DNA of 32,000 bases from Raphidiopsis brookii D9 (GCA_000175855.1 ACYB01000011.1:39801-71800), one strand, 5' to 3'. Shown: positions 1 to 8,730, numbered from the stretch's first letter. Notes: a model not told the origin generated them from the sequence alone. Made by a program: numbers and translations.

Positions 1-294
1 GCTCATGATGGTATTGAAGCGATCGCCTTATATGTGGAACATCGAGATCAGATATCCCTGATTCTAACTGATATAGTTATGCCATCCATGGATGGATTGA
101 CCAGTATTCGAACTCTCAAGAAAATTAATCCCCATTTAAAAATTATTGCTTTTAGTGGGTTAGCACCCAGTGATAAAATTAATGCAGCTTATAGTATGGG
201 TGTAGCAGCATTTTTATGTAAACCTTTTACTGCTACCCAATTATTACAAACCATTAGTGCGGTGAATGGAATAAATAATTTTGCCATCAATTAA
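1..294 (+). CDS. Response-regulator receiver (CheY-like REC) domain protein, 5' end cut by the window edge
   Basis: Frame 1 is open from base 1 ([17 protein letters not shown]...). REC motifs are present: [13 protein letters not shown] (phospho-acceptor Asp) and FLCKPF (conserved Lys). Stop codon at 292-294. Confidence 0.8.
   Translation, partial: AHDGIEAIALYVEHRDQISLILTDIVMPSMDGLTSIRTLKKINPHLKIIAFSGLAPSDKINAAYSMGVAAFLCKPFTATQLLQTISAVNGINNFAIN
19..26. repeat. HIP1 octamer GCGATCGC
   Basis: Exact match read in the sequence. Confidence 0.95.
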
Positions 295-827
295 TTGCTG
301 ATCAACTCCACTGCGTCCCTACCATCAAAATCTTGCAGGTAAACCTTAACAATTTCTTCCTTGGTAGTTGGTAATTTTTTACCGATAAAATCCGGATGAA
401 TAGGTAATTCTCGGTGACCCCGATCTACTAGAACTGCTAAACGAATTAGTTCCGGTCTACCATATTCATTAACAGCATTGAGAGCTGCGCGAATGGTTCT
501 ACCTTTAAAAATCACATCATCCACCAAAATCACAGTTTTACCCGTTAAATCAAAAGGTATGTGAGTTTTAGCTGGGGTTCTTGGTCCAATTTTGTCTAGG
601 TCGTCACGATAGAATGTGATATCCAATGCTCCCACGGAGGCGTTGATACCTTCTAAATTTTCGACTTGACGTGCGAGTAACTTAGCTAGACATACTCCCC
701 TAGTGTAGATACCTAAAAAAACTAACTGTGATAAATCGCGAGTCTTTTCTACAATTTGAGAAGCCAGACGAATTGAAGTACGACGTAATTCTTCCGATGA
801 GAGAATCTCAACTACCTTAGTGGACAT
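291..827 (-). CDS. pyrR: Bifunctional pyrimidine operon regulator / uracil phosphoribosyltransferase PyrR
   Basis: 178 aa. PRPP-binding loop [17 protein letters not shown] and a PyrR-like N-terminus ([19 protein letters not shown]). Length is typical of the family. Its stop overlaps the convergent stop of the REC gene (ttaa at 291-294). Confidence 0.9.
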   Translation of the reverse strand: MSTKVVEILSSEELRRTSIRLASQIVEKTRDLSQLVFLGIYTRGVCLAKLLARQVENLEGINASVGALDITFYRDDLDKIGPRTPAKTHIPFDLTGKTVILVDDVIFKGRTIRAALNAVNEYGRPELIRLAVLVDRGHRELPIHPDFIGKKLPTTKEEIVKVYLQDFDGRDAVELISN

Positions 828-846
828 GATAGGATAGTTAATATAA

Positions 847-1812
847 TTAGGTTATAATAATTTTATATGCTACAGTTGTCAAACCTAACCATAGTAAAAA
901 GGAATATCGAGTTAATTGTAAAGCTCGATAAATGGAAGTAGAAGTAATGGGATAAATAGGATCCCCCAAAAGTGGTTTATATTTGGCTACTCCTTTATAC
1001 CAGTTTAATCCTCCCATCTGGACACCCAAAATGGCAGCGTATGCGCACTCACTCCAACCCGAATTAGGGCTAGGGTCTTGGATGGCATCCCGCTTACAAA
1101 GATGCCAAACACCCAGGGGTTTAAGTGATAAAATAGCCAAGGTGATGACTGTTAAACGACAGGGAATCCAAGTCAAACAGTCTTCTAGTTTAGCACTAAA
1201 CCAACCGATATAGGTATAGGGAGGTTCTCGATAACCAACCATGGAATCTAAAGTGCTACTGGCTTTATACCCTAGGGCCAAAGGAATAGGACCAACACCG
1301 GGAATTAACATGCCAATAATAGCATAAAATAGAGGAGCCATAACCCCATCAGTGGCATTTTCTGTCACGGTTTCTAAAACTGCTCGCAGGATTTCTGACT
1401 CCGACAGATCTGCTGTATCTCTACCCACGTATTGACTCAGAATCTGTCGAGCTTGTGATAATTGGCCATCATTTAAAGGTTTGATAACATCCAAAGCAGC
1501 TTTGGTTAAACTGTGAAGGGCAAAACAACTGGCCAGCAAAATACTGGCAACGGTCATACCTAACCAGGGGTGTAACCAGTGAGTAATATGAACAATCAGC
1601 CACCCAGATACAGCAGCAGCACCAATTGTAGTCAAGGCCAAACCAATACCAGCTACACGCTGGGATAGGGGTCTAGAGAAGTGTTGCCAGGAAAATTGAG
1701 TCCAGCGAGAAATAAACCAACCCATTACCCTAACAGGGTGAGGCCAACCCCAGGGATCACCAATGATGTAATCTAAGAAAGCAGCCATTATTAATATTAT
1801 GATGTAGCTCAT
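847..1812 (-). CDS. cbiB: Cobalamin biosynthesis protein CbiB/CobD (adenosylcobinamide-phosphate synthase)
   Basis: Multi-TM protein with the family N-terminal motif [19 protein letters not shown]. The ORF track starts at TTG 1824. ATG at 1812 (MSYIIIL...) looks more likely. Confidence 0.85.
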   Translation of the reverse strand: MSYIIILIMAAFLDYIIGDPWGWPHPVRVMGWFISRWTQFSWQHFSRPLSQRVAGIGLALTTIGAAAVSGWLIVHITHWLHPWLGMTVASILLASCFALHSLTKAALDVIKPLNDGQLSQARQILSQYVGRDTADLSESEILRAVLETVTENATDGVMAPLFYAIIGMLIPGVGPIPLALGYKASSTLDSMVGYREPPYTYIGWFSAKLEDCLTWIPCRLTVITLAILSLKPLGVWHLCKRDAIQDPSPNSGWSECAYAAILGVQMGGLNWYKGVAKYKPLLGDPIYPITSTSIYRALQLTRYSFLLWLGLTTVAYKIIIT

Positions 1813-1824
1813 ATCCACTTCCAA

Positions 1825-2268
1825 CTAAACCACAAAACTTGCTTCTTCCCCAACAGCAGCTTGTCTGCTTCTAGCATCATAATAGAGGTCAGCCAAGGTA
1901 ATGCTATATAGAGCTTCTCGTAACTTTTGGTTGAGTCTTTGCCACAAAGTAAATGTCACCCAATCTTCAGCTTGTGTGGATGGTGAAACTTTCACAGCCA
2001 AATCAGCTATATTTTCCCCCACCGCTTCTAAAATCTCCCCTATGGAAATTTGTTGAGGGTGTTTTGCTAATTTATAGCCACCAACACTCCCACGTAAGGA
2101 GTGAACTAAACCAGCATGACGCATTTCTATCAATAGCTTTTCTAAATAAGCAGCCGGAATTTCTTGCCGCGAGGCGATCGCCTTCACGGAACCAGGCCCA
2201 TATTTTGGTTGTAAACTCAAATCCAGCAACGCCTTCACACTATAGTGTCCCCTGGTAGTTAATTTCAT
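1825..2268 (-). CDS. Rrf2-family transcriptional regulator (cysteine-free type)
   Basis: 147 aa. Rrf2 winged-helix N-terminus MKLTTRGHYSVKALLDL...IPAAYLEKLLIEMRHAGLVHSLRGSVGGYKLA. The protein contains no Cys, so it is not an Fe-S binding IscR/NsrR type. Its stop (1825-1827) directly abuts the cbiB ORF. Confidence 0.85.
   Translation of the reverse strand: MKLTTRGHYSVKALLDLSLQPKYGPGSVKAIASRQEIPAAYLEKLLIEMRHAGLVHSLRGSVGGYKLAKHPQQISIGEILEAVGENIADLAVKVSPSTQAEDWVTFTLWQRLNQKLREALYSITLADLYYDARSRQAAVGEEASFVV
2174..2181. repeat. HIP1 octamer GCGATCGC
   Basis: Exact match read in the sequence. Confidence 0.95.
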
Positions 2269-2612
2269 CTTTATAGTTAACCGTTATCGCTCAACAAACT
2301 TTCTCCATCATCTTCCTCCAACCTAGAAAATATTGACAGAGGTTTAAAAAACTTAATCAACTTGATCCTGAAAATCAGTGTACAAATCAACTTACCCATC
2401 TAAAGGTAGGAGGACGGGGAAAATTTTCTTCAAAAAACCCCTTGACAAAATAGATAATTGTGCAACAATTTTTGTTATAATCATCATAATATTTTAACTG
2501 CAAACCAAGACCAAGTTAGGGAAACCAAGTTATGGGCTTTCCATTGGCTTGACTGTCAGTTAAAATGAAATCGAATCAACCACTTCAGTTATCCAATTTC
2601 AGCCAAAAGTTG

Positions 2613-3030
2613 ATGCCTAAGCAAAAAGAAAATTGACCCCCTTGTTGGTGAAGAACTGCTCCAAAGAGTTAAGGAGCTAGGGAATGAAACCAGGGAAGAG
2701 AAAGCTAAACAGTGTGGCTACTATACCATTACCAAGAATGGGATAGAGCGGGTGAATATAATGAAGTTCTTGAATGCCTTAATTGAGGCCGAGGGTATTC
2801 AGTTAGATGGCGCACCCGGTGCCAACGGTCGTGGTGGAAGGAGTGCCAGCTATAGAGTTAGCGTGCAGTCGAACAACAATTTACTCATAGGTTCAGCTTA
2901 CACAAAACAGATGAATCTAAAACCCGGCGATGAATTTGTCATCAGCTTAGGTAAAAAGCATATTCGACTGCGACAAGTAGAGCCAGAAGAAAGAGATGAT
3001 GATGATCAGCTGGAAGAAGTAACAGCTTAA
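2613..3030 (+). CDS. cyAbrB-type (cyanobacterial AbrB-like, CalA/CalB family) transcriptional regulator; 5' end frame-broken or start uncertain
   Basis: The C-terminal AbrB/SpoVT-like segment is LLIGSAYTKQMNLKPGDEFVISLGKKHIRLRQV. A family-like N-terminal region (IDPLVGEELLQRVKELGNETREEKAKQCGYYTITKNGIERVNIMKFLNALIEAEGIQLDG) is open from 2614 in the same frame but has no ATG/GTG/TTG before GTG 2752. ATG 2613 (MPKQKEN*) sits one base out of frame. Confidence 0.7.
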
Positions 3031-3048
3031 TTATCGAAAATTTTGGAA

Positions 3049-3076
3049 TCCCCGTCTTTTTAAAGCGGGGAATTTT
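3049..3076. terminator. Candidate bidirectional stem-loop terminator between convergent cyAbrB and ClC genes
   Basis: TCCCCG (3049-3054) pairs with CGGGGA (3066-3071) around an 11-nt loop and is followed by ATTTTC. It lies in the 53-bp gap between the two stop codons. Confidence 0.45.
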
Positions 3077-3083
3077 CACTGCT

Positions 3084-4964
3084 TCAGCAGTCTTTAGATA
3101 AATAAGGCTCTACAGCTTTACGAGTAGTTGCTAAGTTACAGGTTAAAGCAATTTCCTTTTGTTCTAATAAACCCACAATACAATCTGGATTATGCCTGTC
3201 TAAAACTGGTAATTGCTGTAGTCCTCTGAGTGCCATACGGTCTAAAGCCTCAGATAAAGGTTCATCTTGCCAAGCATAAAGGATATCGGTGGTACAAATA
3301 TCGAGAATGGTTTGACCAAAAAAATCGGGCTTTAGTTGTTCTGAGGGAGTTTGGTAGTTTTCCCAGCGAGAAAGGGTGCGATTAATATCATCCAAAGAGA
3401 CAATACCTACCAATTTTTCATTGGCATCAATCACTAAGGCGCTAGGAACATGATCGTGGATCATTTCCAAAGCTGCTTCTAGCACGCTAAGATTGGCAGG
3501 GATTTTTTTGGGGTGGAAATGGATGGCCTCAGCAACAGAAGTGGTTTGAATCACTTCCAATTTATGGTCTTTTAATTCCGCAAGACCAATTTGTTGTAGG
3601 TTCACATTGGAACTAACAGTAGGTTTAATCAGTTCCATGAGCCATATACTTAAACCCACTGCTGCCATCAAAGGCAAAACAATACGGTAATCACGGGTCA
3701 GTTCAAACAACATTAATATAGCAGTTAAAGGAGCTCGAACACTGGCAGCTAAAACAGCAGCCATACCAACCATGGCATAAGCGGGGGGTGCAGCCATATA
3801 CTCAGCCACACCTGGAAATATCAGGGACAGTAACTTTCCGTATGCAGAACCCAGGGATGCGCCCAAAAACATGGCCGGGGCAAAAAGTCCCCCCACAAAA
3901 CCACTAGCTGAACTAATTGCCGTTGCTAATAATTTTAACACCATTAAACCCAGCAAGAGGTATAAAGAAAATTCCTGGTCCTGTAAAATGGCTTCCACGG
4001 TTCCATAACCAATACCCAAAATTTGCGGATAATTTAAAGCTACTAAACCAACCAGAAAACCACCTATAACCGGTTGTATAGGTTTGGGAATCTTACTGAA
4101 AAATGCCAGACCCTTAAATTTGCCATTAAACAAGTTTTGGGCCGTGCTAATAGATTGTTTATAAGTAAGAGCTACCACACTAGCTCCCAAACCTAAACCC
4201 AGATATAGGGGTAACTCCAAAAGACTACGAACCTCGTATGCAGGTAAGGTAAAAGCCGGTTGACTGCCTAAACCAATTTGAGCGATTAAGGCTGCTACCA
4301 CTGCCGCTAGTAAAACTACACTAACTGCAGAGGTGGCAAAAGATGTAGCGCCCAAAACCACTTCCAAGGCAAAAAACACCCCAGCAATGGGAGCATTAAA
4401 CCCAGCGGCTAAACCAGCAGCAGCGCCTGCTCCTATTAACAGTCTTTGTCGTTCTTGAGAAACTTGTAAGACATCTGAGAATAAAACCCCAAAATTTGCT
4501 CCAATTTCCACACTCGGACCCTCTGGACCCAAGGAAGCACCACTACCCAAAGAAACACCAGCAGCTATCATTTTGGTAACGGGACGAAGTTTTTGCTTAA
4601 CTTCCTTCCCTTGGGAAACAGCAATTAAAGACAAAAGCCCAGGACCAAAATCCTGAGTGCGCCAACGCATTAGACCAACAATTATGCCACCTAAGGTAGG
4701 AACACAGGCTAAAGTCCAGGCTCCCCACCTTCCTATGAATGCCATTAGGTTTTCTAACATTAAGTCGTGAACAAGTTCAATTAAATAGTGGAAGGTTACT
4801 ACACCCATACCTGTACCACTACCGATAAGTATAGCTAGAAATAATACTACCGTTTCCTGGGATGGCTGGAAACGGCGAATCAGATTAGTTAAGAAAGTGG
4901 AAATATGGGGGAAGGTAGTCGGTTGAAATACCTTATGCATTTGTGTGGGAGGCAATAAGCTCAT
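3084..4964 (-). CDS. ClC-family voltage-gated chloride channel / H+-Cl- antiporter with C-terminal CBS pair
   Basis: 626 aa, polytopic. ClC selectivity motifs are GSGASLGPEGPSVEIG, GFNAPIAGVFFALE and GGLFAPAMFLGASLG. The soluble C-terminal ~150 aa resembles tandem CBS domains (LVGIVSLDDI..., IVGLLEQKEI). Confidence 0.9.
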   Translation of the reverse strand: MSLLPPTQMHKVFQPTTFPHISTFLTNLIRRFQPSQETVVLFLAILIGSGTGMGVVTFHYLIELVHDLMLENLMAFIGRWGAWTLACVPTLGGIIVGLMRWRTQDFGPGLLSLIAVSQGKEVKQKLRPVTKMIAAGVSLGSGASLGPEGPSVEIGANFGVLFSDVLQVSQERQRLLIGAGAAAGLAAGFNAPIAGVFFALEVVLGATSFATSAVSVVLLAAVVAALIAQIGLGSQPAFTLPAYEVRSLLELPLYLGLGLGASVVALTYKQSISTAQNLFNGKFKGLAFFSKIPKPIQPVIGGFLVGLVALNYPQILGIGYGTVEAILQDQEFSLYLLLGLMVLKLLATAISSASGFVGGLFAPAMFLGASLGSAYGKLLSLIFPGVAEYMAAPPAYAMVGMAAVLAASVRAPLTAILMLFELTRDYRIVLPLMAAVGLSIWLMELIKPTVSSNVNLQQIGLAELKDHKLEVIQTTSVAEAIHFHPKKIPANLSVLEAALEMIHDHVPSALVIDANEKLVGIVSLDDINRTLSRWENYQTPSEQLKPDFFGQTILDICTTDILYAWQDEPLSEALDRMALRGLQQLPVLDRHNPDCIVGLLEQKEIALTCNLATTRKAVEPYLSKDC

Positions 4965-5214
4965 GGAAGACCAGTAAATATAACGAAAAATTTAATTTTT
5001 TATCTGTTATTCTTTATTGTGAGGCATAATTCAGCTAGTAAACAACTATTGGGCGATAATCTGTCAGTCAATTGGCAATGGTTTATTCCATAGCTGGGTT
5101 GTAGTATTATATAAAAATACGAAGCTAGCAGAGTTTAAACTGCATCTGTCGTCCCTGGGGGCGAGGAGTGTCACAATAGTAATAAATGGTCAACTGACTA
5201 GGCAAACCCTATCA

Positions 5215-5574
5215 ATGAACATAAACATTTCTGATGGTAATCATCTACGCTGCCCGATTTGCCGAGGGAGTAATACAAAAAAAGCCTTTGGAACCTACAT
5301 AGGACTGTTTACTTGTCCATTCTGTCATGAAAGGCTAGTAGTTTGCAAGAGTGGTCACTATGTACGTGACCCGTTTGGCTGGAGGAAAATTGTTTTGGAA
5401 TCGGCATTGCGCCGTCAAAGCAAACCTATTTCGAGATTGGTACGAGATTTGTTTTCCCTCAAACGATATTTGTTTGTAGTGGGGATGGGAATTGGAATTG
5501 TACTAACCACAATAGTAATTACTGAACAAAATACTAGTTATAAGCAACACCCAAGTTCCTTAGGTCATCCTTAG
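5215..5574 (+). CDS. Hypothetical zinc-ribbon protein with C-terminal transmembrane helix
   Basis: 119 aa. Two CPxC pairs (CPICRG...CPFCHERL), then basic linkers and a hydrophobic helix (YLFVVGMGIGIVLTTIVI). No function can be assigned. Confidence 0.5.
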   Translation: MNINISDGNHLRCPICRGSNTKKAFGTYIGLFTCPFCHERLVVCKSGHYVRDPFGWRKIVLESALRRQSKPISRLVRDLFSLKRYLFVVGMGIGIVLTTIVITEQNTSYKQHPSSLGHP

Positions 5575-5902
5575 GGAGCAAGGAAATATAACTTCCCTAA
5601 ACTAAATAAATGGCGAAAAATTGTCGGTCCTATCAGTCTAGTTATTAACTGCACAATACTGAGTAATTGATTGGTGCACTAAATACAATTAGAAAAGTAA
5701 TTCCTGATGTCTTTGGGGAATAAAGGGCTTGCCGTTTAGCCCTGTAGCGCTTTACCCGCTACGTACTCACAAATTTCTAGAATTTGTTTGAACGGTAACT
5801 TTTTTTAGTTTATTTTTTAAACAATTTAACATTTTCCGTGTCAGTTAAATGATATAAGTGACACAAAACCAACTTGACCAGTTTGTTATGAGGAGTTTAC
5901 CA

Positions 5903-7249
5903 ATGAATCTACCTGTTGTTTTAGATATAGCCCTAGGGTTAGTTTTCACTTACCTGATTTTAAGTTTGTTGGCTTCGGAGATTCAAGAGCTACTTGCTAC
6001 TGTTTTGCAATGGCGAGCGGTGCATCTAAAAAAATCTATTGAGATATTCTTAGCAGGGGATATAAAGAATTCTGATGCTAAGGATGTACTGGACCTGGTG
6101 AATAGGATTTATAATAATCCTATCATTAGAAGCATTAACCAGGAAACAAAGGGATTTTTATCAACCTTACCCAGAAAAATGACCTGGAAGGTAGCTGACA
6201 TAGTTAGTTCAGTCAAAAAGTTGGTTTCTAGATCATCACGGGAAAACAAAATTTTTGCCAATCAAAATAGTGGACCTTCCTATATCTCTAGTGACAGTTT
6301 TGTTTCTGGTTTATTAGAGGAGTTAAAACTGCCTAAAATCATTCATAGTCTTGTAGAGGTGAGGTTAGAAAATTTTAAGATTCAACATTTGCGAGCCATT
6401 AAATTAATTCTAACGAGATCTTTAAGACAAATAGCAAGTAATGAGTTATCAACTAATGTTACTCATGATATCAATGATGATTTTGTGAATCTAGACTCTG
6501 AATATAGGCAAATTGTGGATGATTTTAAAAATCAAAAATTTGATGTAGATACTAGTATGAATCGGATGCAGGATAGTTTAAACAAATATATCAACAATTT
6601 TCAAGCTAATATTGAAAATAATCACCCAGCCTTAATGGAAACACACAAGCGGTTGCAGACTTTACAAAATCATATTTTTCCCAGTCTTGAGGAAGCAATT
6701 ACTGTTGCGGGTCTCAAGCCCAGTATTAGTGAAATTATCCAATTAATGGAAACTGGTAAAGCTGGATATAATGAAATTCAAACCACTTCACAACTGAGGG
6801 ACGGTGAAAGATATGTAACTATTAGGGATCTGATTGATAGCTTACCACCGGGAATGAAGCAAAACATTGCGACCATGGCCAAGCGGGCCCAGTATAAAGC
6901 CAAAACCACAGAGGAGGGGATACGGGTATTAAGACAAGAGATAGAAAATTCTTTTGATAGTTCCATGCAAAGAGCTGGGGGTGTTTATAAACGTAATGCT
7001 AAAGGGGTAGCAATTTTAATTGGTATTGTTATAGCTTTTGGCGCTAATGCGGATACATTTTACATTATTGATCGGCTATCTAAGGATACAGCATTGAGGG
7101 AAGCAATTGTTTATAAAGCTCAACAGACCATAGATCAGCAAGTGCTAGATCCTAACTTGAAAAACATTGACACCAATCAAATTTTAGAGGATATTAGTTT
7201 ACCCATTGGTTGGAGTGAAAAAAACTTAAACCGAGCAACTGGGTACTAA
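5903..7249 (+). CDS. Uncharacterised membrane protein with long coiled-coil-like N/Q/K-rich middle region (major, N-terminal part)
   Basis: The ORF track gives 5858 (GTG). ATG 5903 is preceded by AGGAG at 5891-5895 and starts directly at the TM helix (MNLPVVLDIALGLVFTYLILSLLASE). A second TM helix (GVAILIGIVIAFGANADTF) lies near the C-terminus. The ORF ends at 7249, but coding appears to continue in another frame (next feature). Confidence 0.6.
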   Translation: MNLPVVLDIALGLVFTYLILSLLASEIQELLATVLQWRAVHLKKSIEIFLAGDIKNSDAKDVLDLVNRIYNNPIIRSINQETKGFLSTLPRKMTWKVADIVSSVKKLVSRSSRENKIFANQNSGPSYISSDSFVSGLLEELKLPKIIHSLVEVRLENFKIQHLRAIKLILTRSLRQIASNELSTNVTHDINDDFVNLDSEYRQIVDDFKNQKFDVDTSMNRMQDSLNKYINNFQANIENNHPALMETHKRLQTLQNHIFPSLEEAITVAGLKPSISEIIQLMETGKAGYNEIQTTSQLRDGERYVTIRDLIDSLPPGMKQNIATMAKRAQYKAKTTEEGIRVLRQEIENSFDSSMQRAGGVYKRNAKGVAILIGIVIAFGANADTFYIIDRLSKDTALREAIVYKAQQTIDQQVLDPNLKNIDTNQILEDISLPIGWSEKNLNRATGY

Positions 7250-7415
7250 TCCGATTAAAATCAACGGTGTTTCCATTGTGAGCTCCAATATGATAATGGG
7301 TTGGCTAGTCAGTGGTTTTGCCATTGCTATGGGTGCGCCTTTTTGGTTTGATTTGCTGGGTAAAGTAATGAATGTGAGAAATACCGGTAAAGGGAACAAG
7401 GGAACGGGGAACTAG
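7230..7415 (+). other. Probable C-terminal continuation of the 5903-7249 ORF in a different frame (frameshifted gene or assembly indel)
   Basis: The frame open from 7230 reads TEQLGTNPIKINGVSIVSSNMIMGWLVSGFAIAMGAPFWFDLLGKVMNVRNTGKGNKGTGN*. This is a TM helix plus a GAPFWFDLL-type tail, which I recall as the usual C-terminus of this uncharacterised membrane-protein family. It is too short (<60 aa from its first Met) to appear in the ORF track. Confidence 0.45.
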
Positions 7416-7425
7416 GGAGTGGTTT

Positions 7426-8712
7426 TTAAAAACTGAAGATAATTTGTAAATTCCAATTTTCACCTTGACGAATAATCTCTATCTGACGAATAAATTCTCG
7501 GAGGTAAAAACGCCTTTCTACCTCCGATAAGTCCATCCAAAACTGTGGAATGGAGACAGCTTGTGCAACGGAGGACAAATTCACAGGGGGGAGAATAGCT
7601 AACTGAGACTCCAGTTGAGAAATTTCTGTCTGGAGTTTATAACGCCTTAATTTTGCTGTTTCTTGATCTAGCACTCCCGTTTCTATTAAAATGGGTAGCT
7701 GGTCAACAATTGCTTGTTTACTTAAAATTTGAGCAGTTAACTTTTTTTTCATACTATCTAATTGACTAAAATTTACTTGGTCAACAGCTGTAGGTAAATT
7801 TTGACAAATTGTTTCAATGGTTCTGGTTAGAACCTGTTCATAAGAAATAGAATCACATTTAGGATTTTGAGGACACTTGGTGTTGCGCAAATATAGGTAC
7901 TCTTGTGATTGGGAAGAGTGTGTAACCCGGTTAATATTCATTTTTTGTTGGCATTGATTACATAGGACTAGTCCAGCTAAGGAATAGGGCGCACTAGCTG
8001 TACGGGATGATAAACGACTATTACTCCGTAAAATTCTGTCAACTTGAGCTGATTCTTCCTTGGATATTATACCAGGATGAGTATTAGATATAGTTTCTCC
8101 ATTTTGATAAATAGTGTCACCACGATAAACTGGATTGGTTAACCACCTTCTACCAGTGGTAACGGAGATTTTTTTGCCATATTTTTTGGCTAGATAACGA
8201 ACTGCACCGCGTACAGAAGCATAGAGTAAAAAGTGATCAATAAATTCTTTGACTAAGGGAGATGTACTGCGATCAATAATGTATTTTCCCTTACTGACCC
8301 GATAGCCATAGGGAACCTTACCAGGTGGTCGCAAGGCTTCCAGACGATTTTTTGCGTGTCCACTACGAATACGACGACTACGTTGTTGGCTTTGAATCTC
8401 CTGGGCTAAATCCAGCATAGTCAGGGGAACCTCAGCAGTTTCCGATATATATGGTTGTTCTATGGCAATGATTATTACTCCCATAGTTTCCAGTTGATTC
8501 AGGCGATCGCCCACTTGTTGTAAAGTATCTCCTAGTTCATCCAAACGTCTAATGAGAAGATAGGTGGGGGAAGGGCACTCGTAGATTAATTGTTGCAATT
8601 GAGACCGCCCTCCCATATCTTGATAAATTTGATCTACTTCCCAACCCCAAATAGAGTCATCGGGTGCGGTTTCCAAAAGTGGATCCGTATAACTATAGGC
8701 AATGATTCTCAT
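7426..8712 (-). CDS. Large serine-recombinase-like protein (resolvase-like N-domain + recombinase domain + zinc ribbon + coiled coil), catalytic motifs degenerate
   Basis: 428 aa. Recombinase-domain-like segment PPGKVPYGYRVSKGKYIIDRSTSPLVKEFI...RRWLTNPVYRGD. Cys-rich ribbon LCNQCQQKM...CPQNPKC. C-terminal heptad-like region. The N-terminus MRIIAYSYTDPLLE and the RRLDELGD segment replace YxRVSTxxQ and RxDRLxR. Confidence 0.8.
   Translation of the reverse strand: MRIIAYSYTDPLLETAPDDSIWGWEVDQIYQDMGGRSQLQQLIYECPSPTYLLIRRLDELGDTLQQVGDRLNQLETMGVIIIAIEQPYISETAEVPLTMLDLAQEIQSQQRSRRIRSGHAKNRLEALRPPGKVPYGYRVSKGKYIIDRSTSPLVKEFIDHFLLYASVRGAVRYLAKKYGKKISVTTGRRWLTNPVYRGDTIYQNGETISNTHPGIISKEESAQVDRILRSNSRLSSRTASAPYSLAGLVLCNQCQQKMNINRVTHSSQSQEYLYLRNTKCPQNPKCDSISYEQVLTRTIETICQNLPTAVDQVNFSQLDSMKKKLTAQILSKQAIVDQLPILIETGVLDQETAKLRRYKLQTEISQLESQLAILPPVNLSSVAQAVSIPQFWMDLSEVERRFYLREFIRQIEIIRQGENWNLQIIFSF
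8503..8510. repeat. HIP1 octamer GCGATCGC
   Basis: Exact match read in the sequence. Confidence 0.95.
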
Positions 8713-8730
8713 GGGAAATTATAGATTTCT

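Noticed and set aside
291-294. Overlapping convergent stop codons (ttaa) of the REC gene and pyrR.
   Set aside because: This is a trivial consequence of tight gene packing, with no functional implication that I can support.
2442-2481. TTGACA (2442-2447) and TATAAT (2476-2481) upstream of cyAbrB as a sigma70 promoter.
   Set aside because: The hexamers are 28 bp apart, not about 17. The hexamer at the correct spacing (ACAATT) is poor. TATAAT alone might still act as a -10 element, but I cannot support a promoter call.
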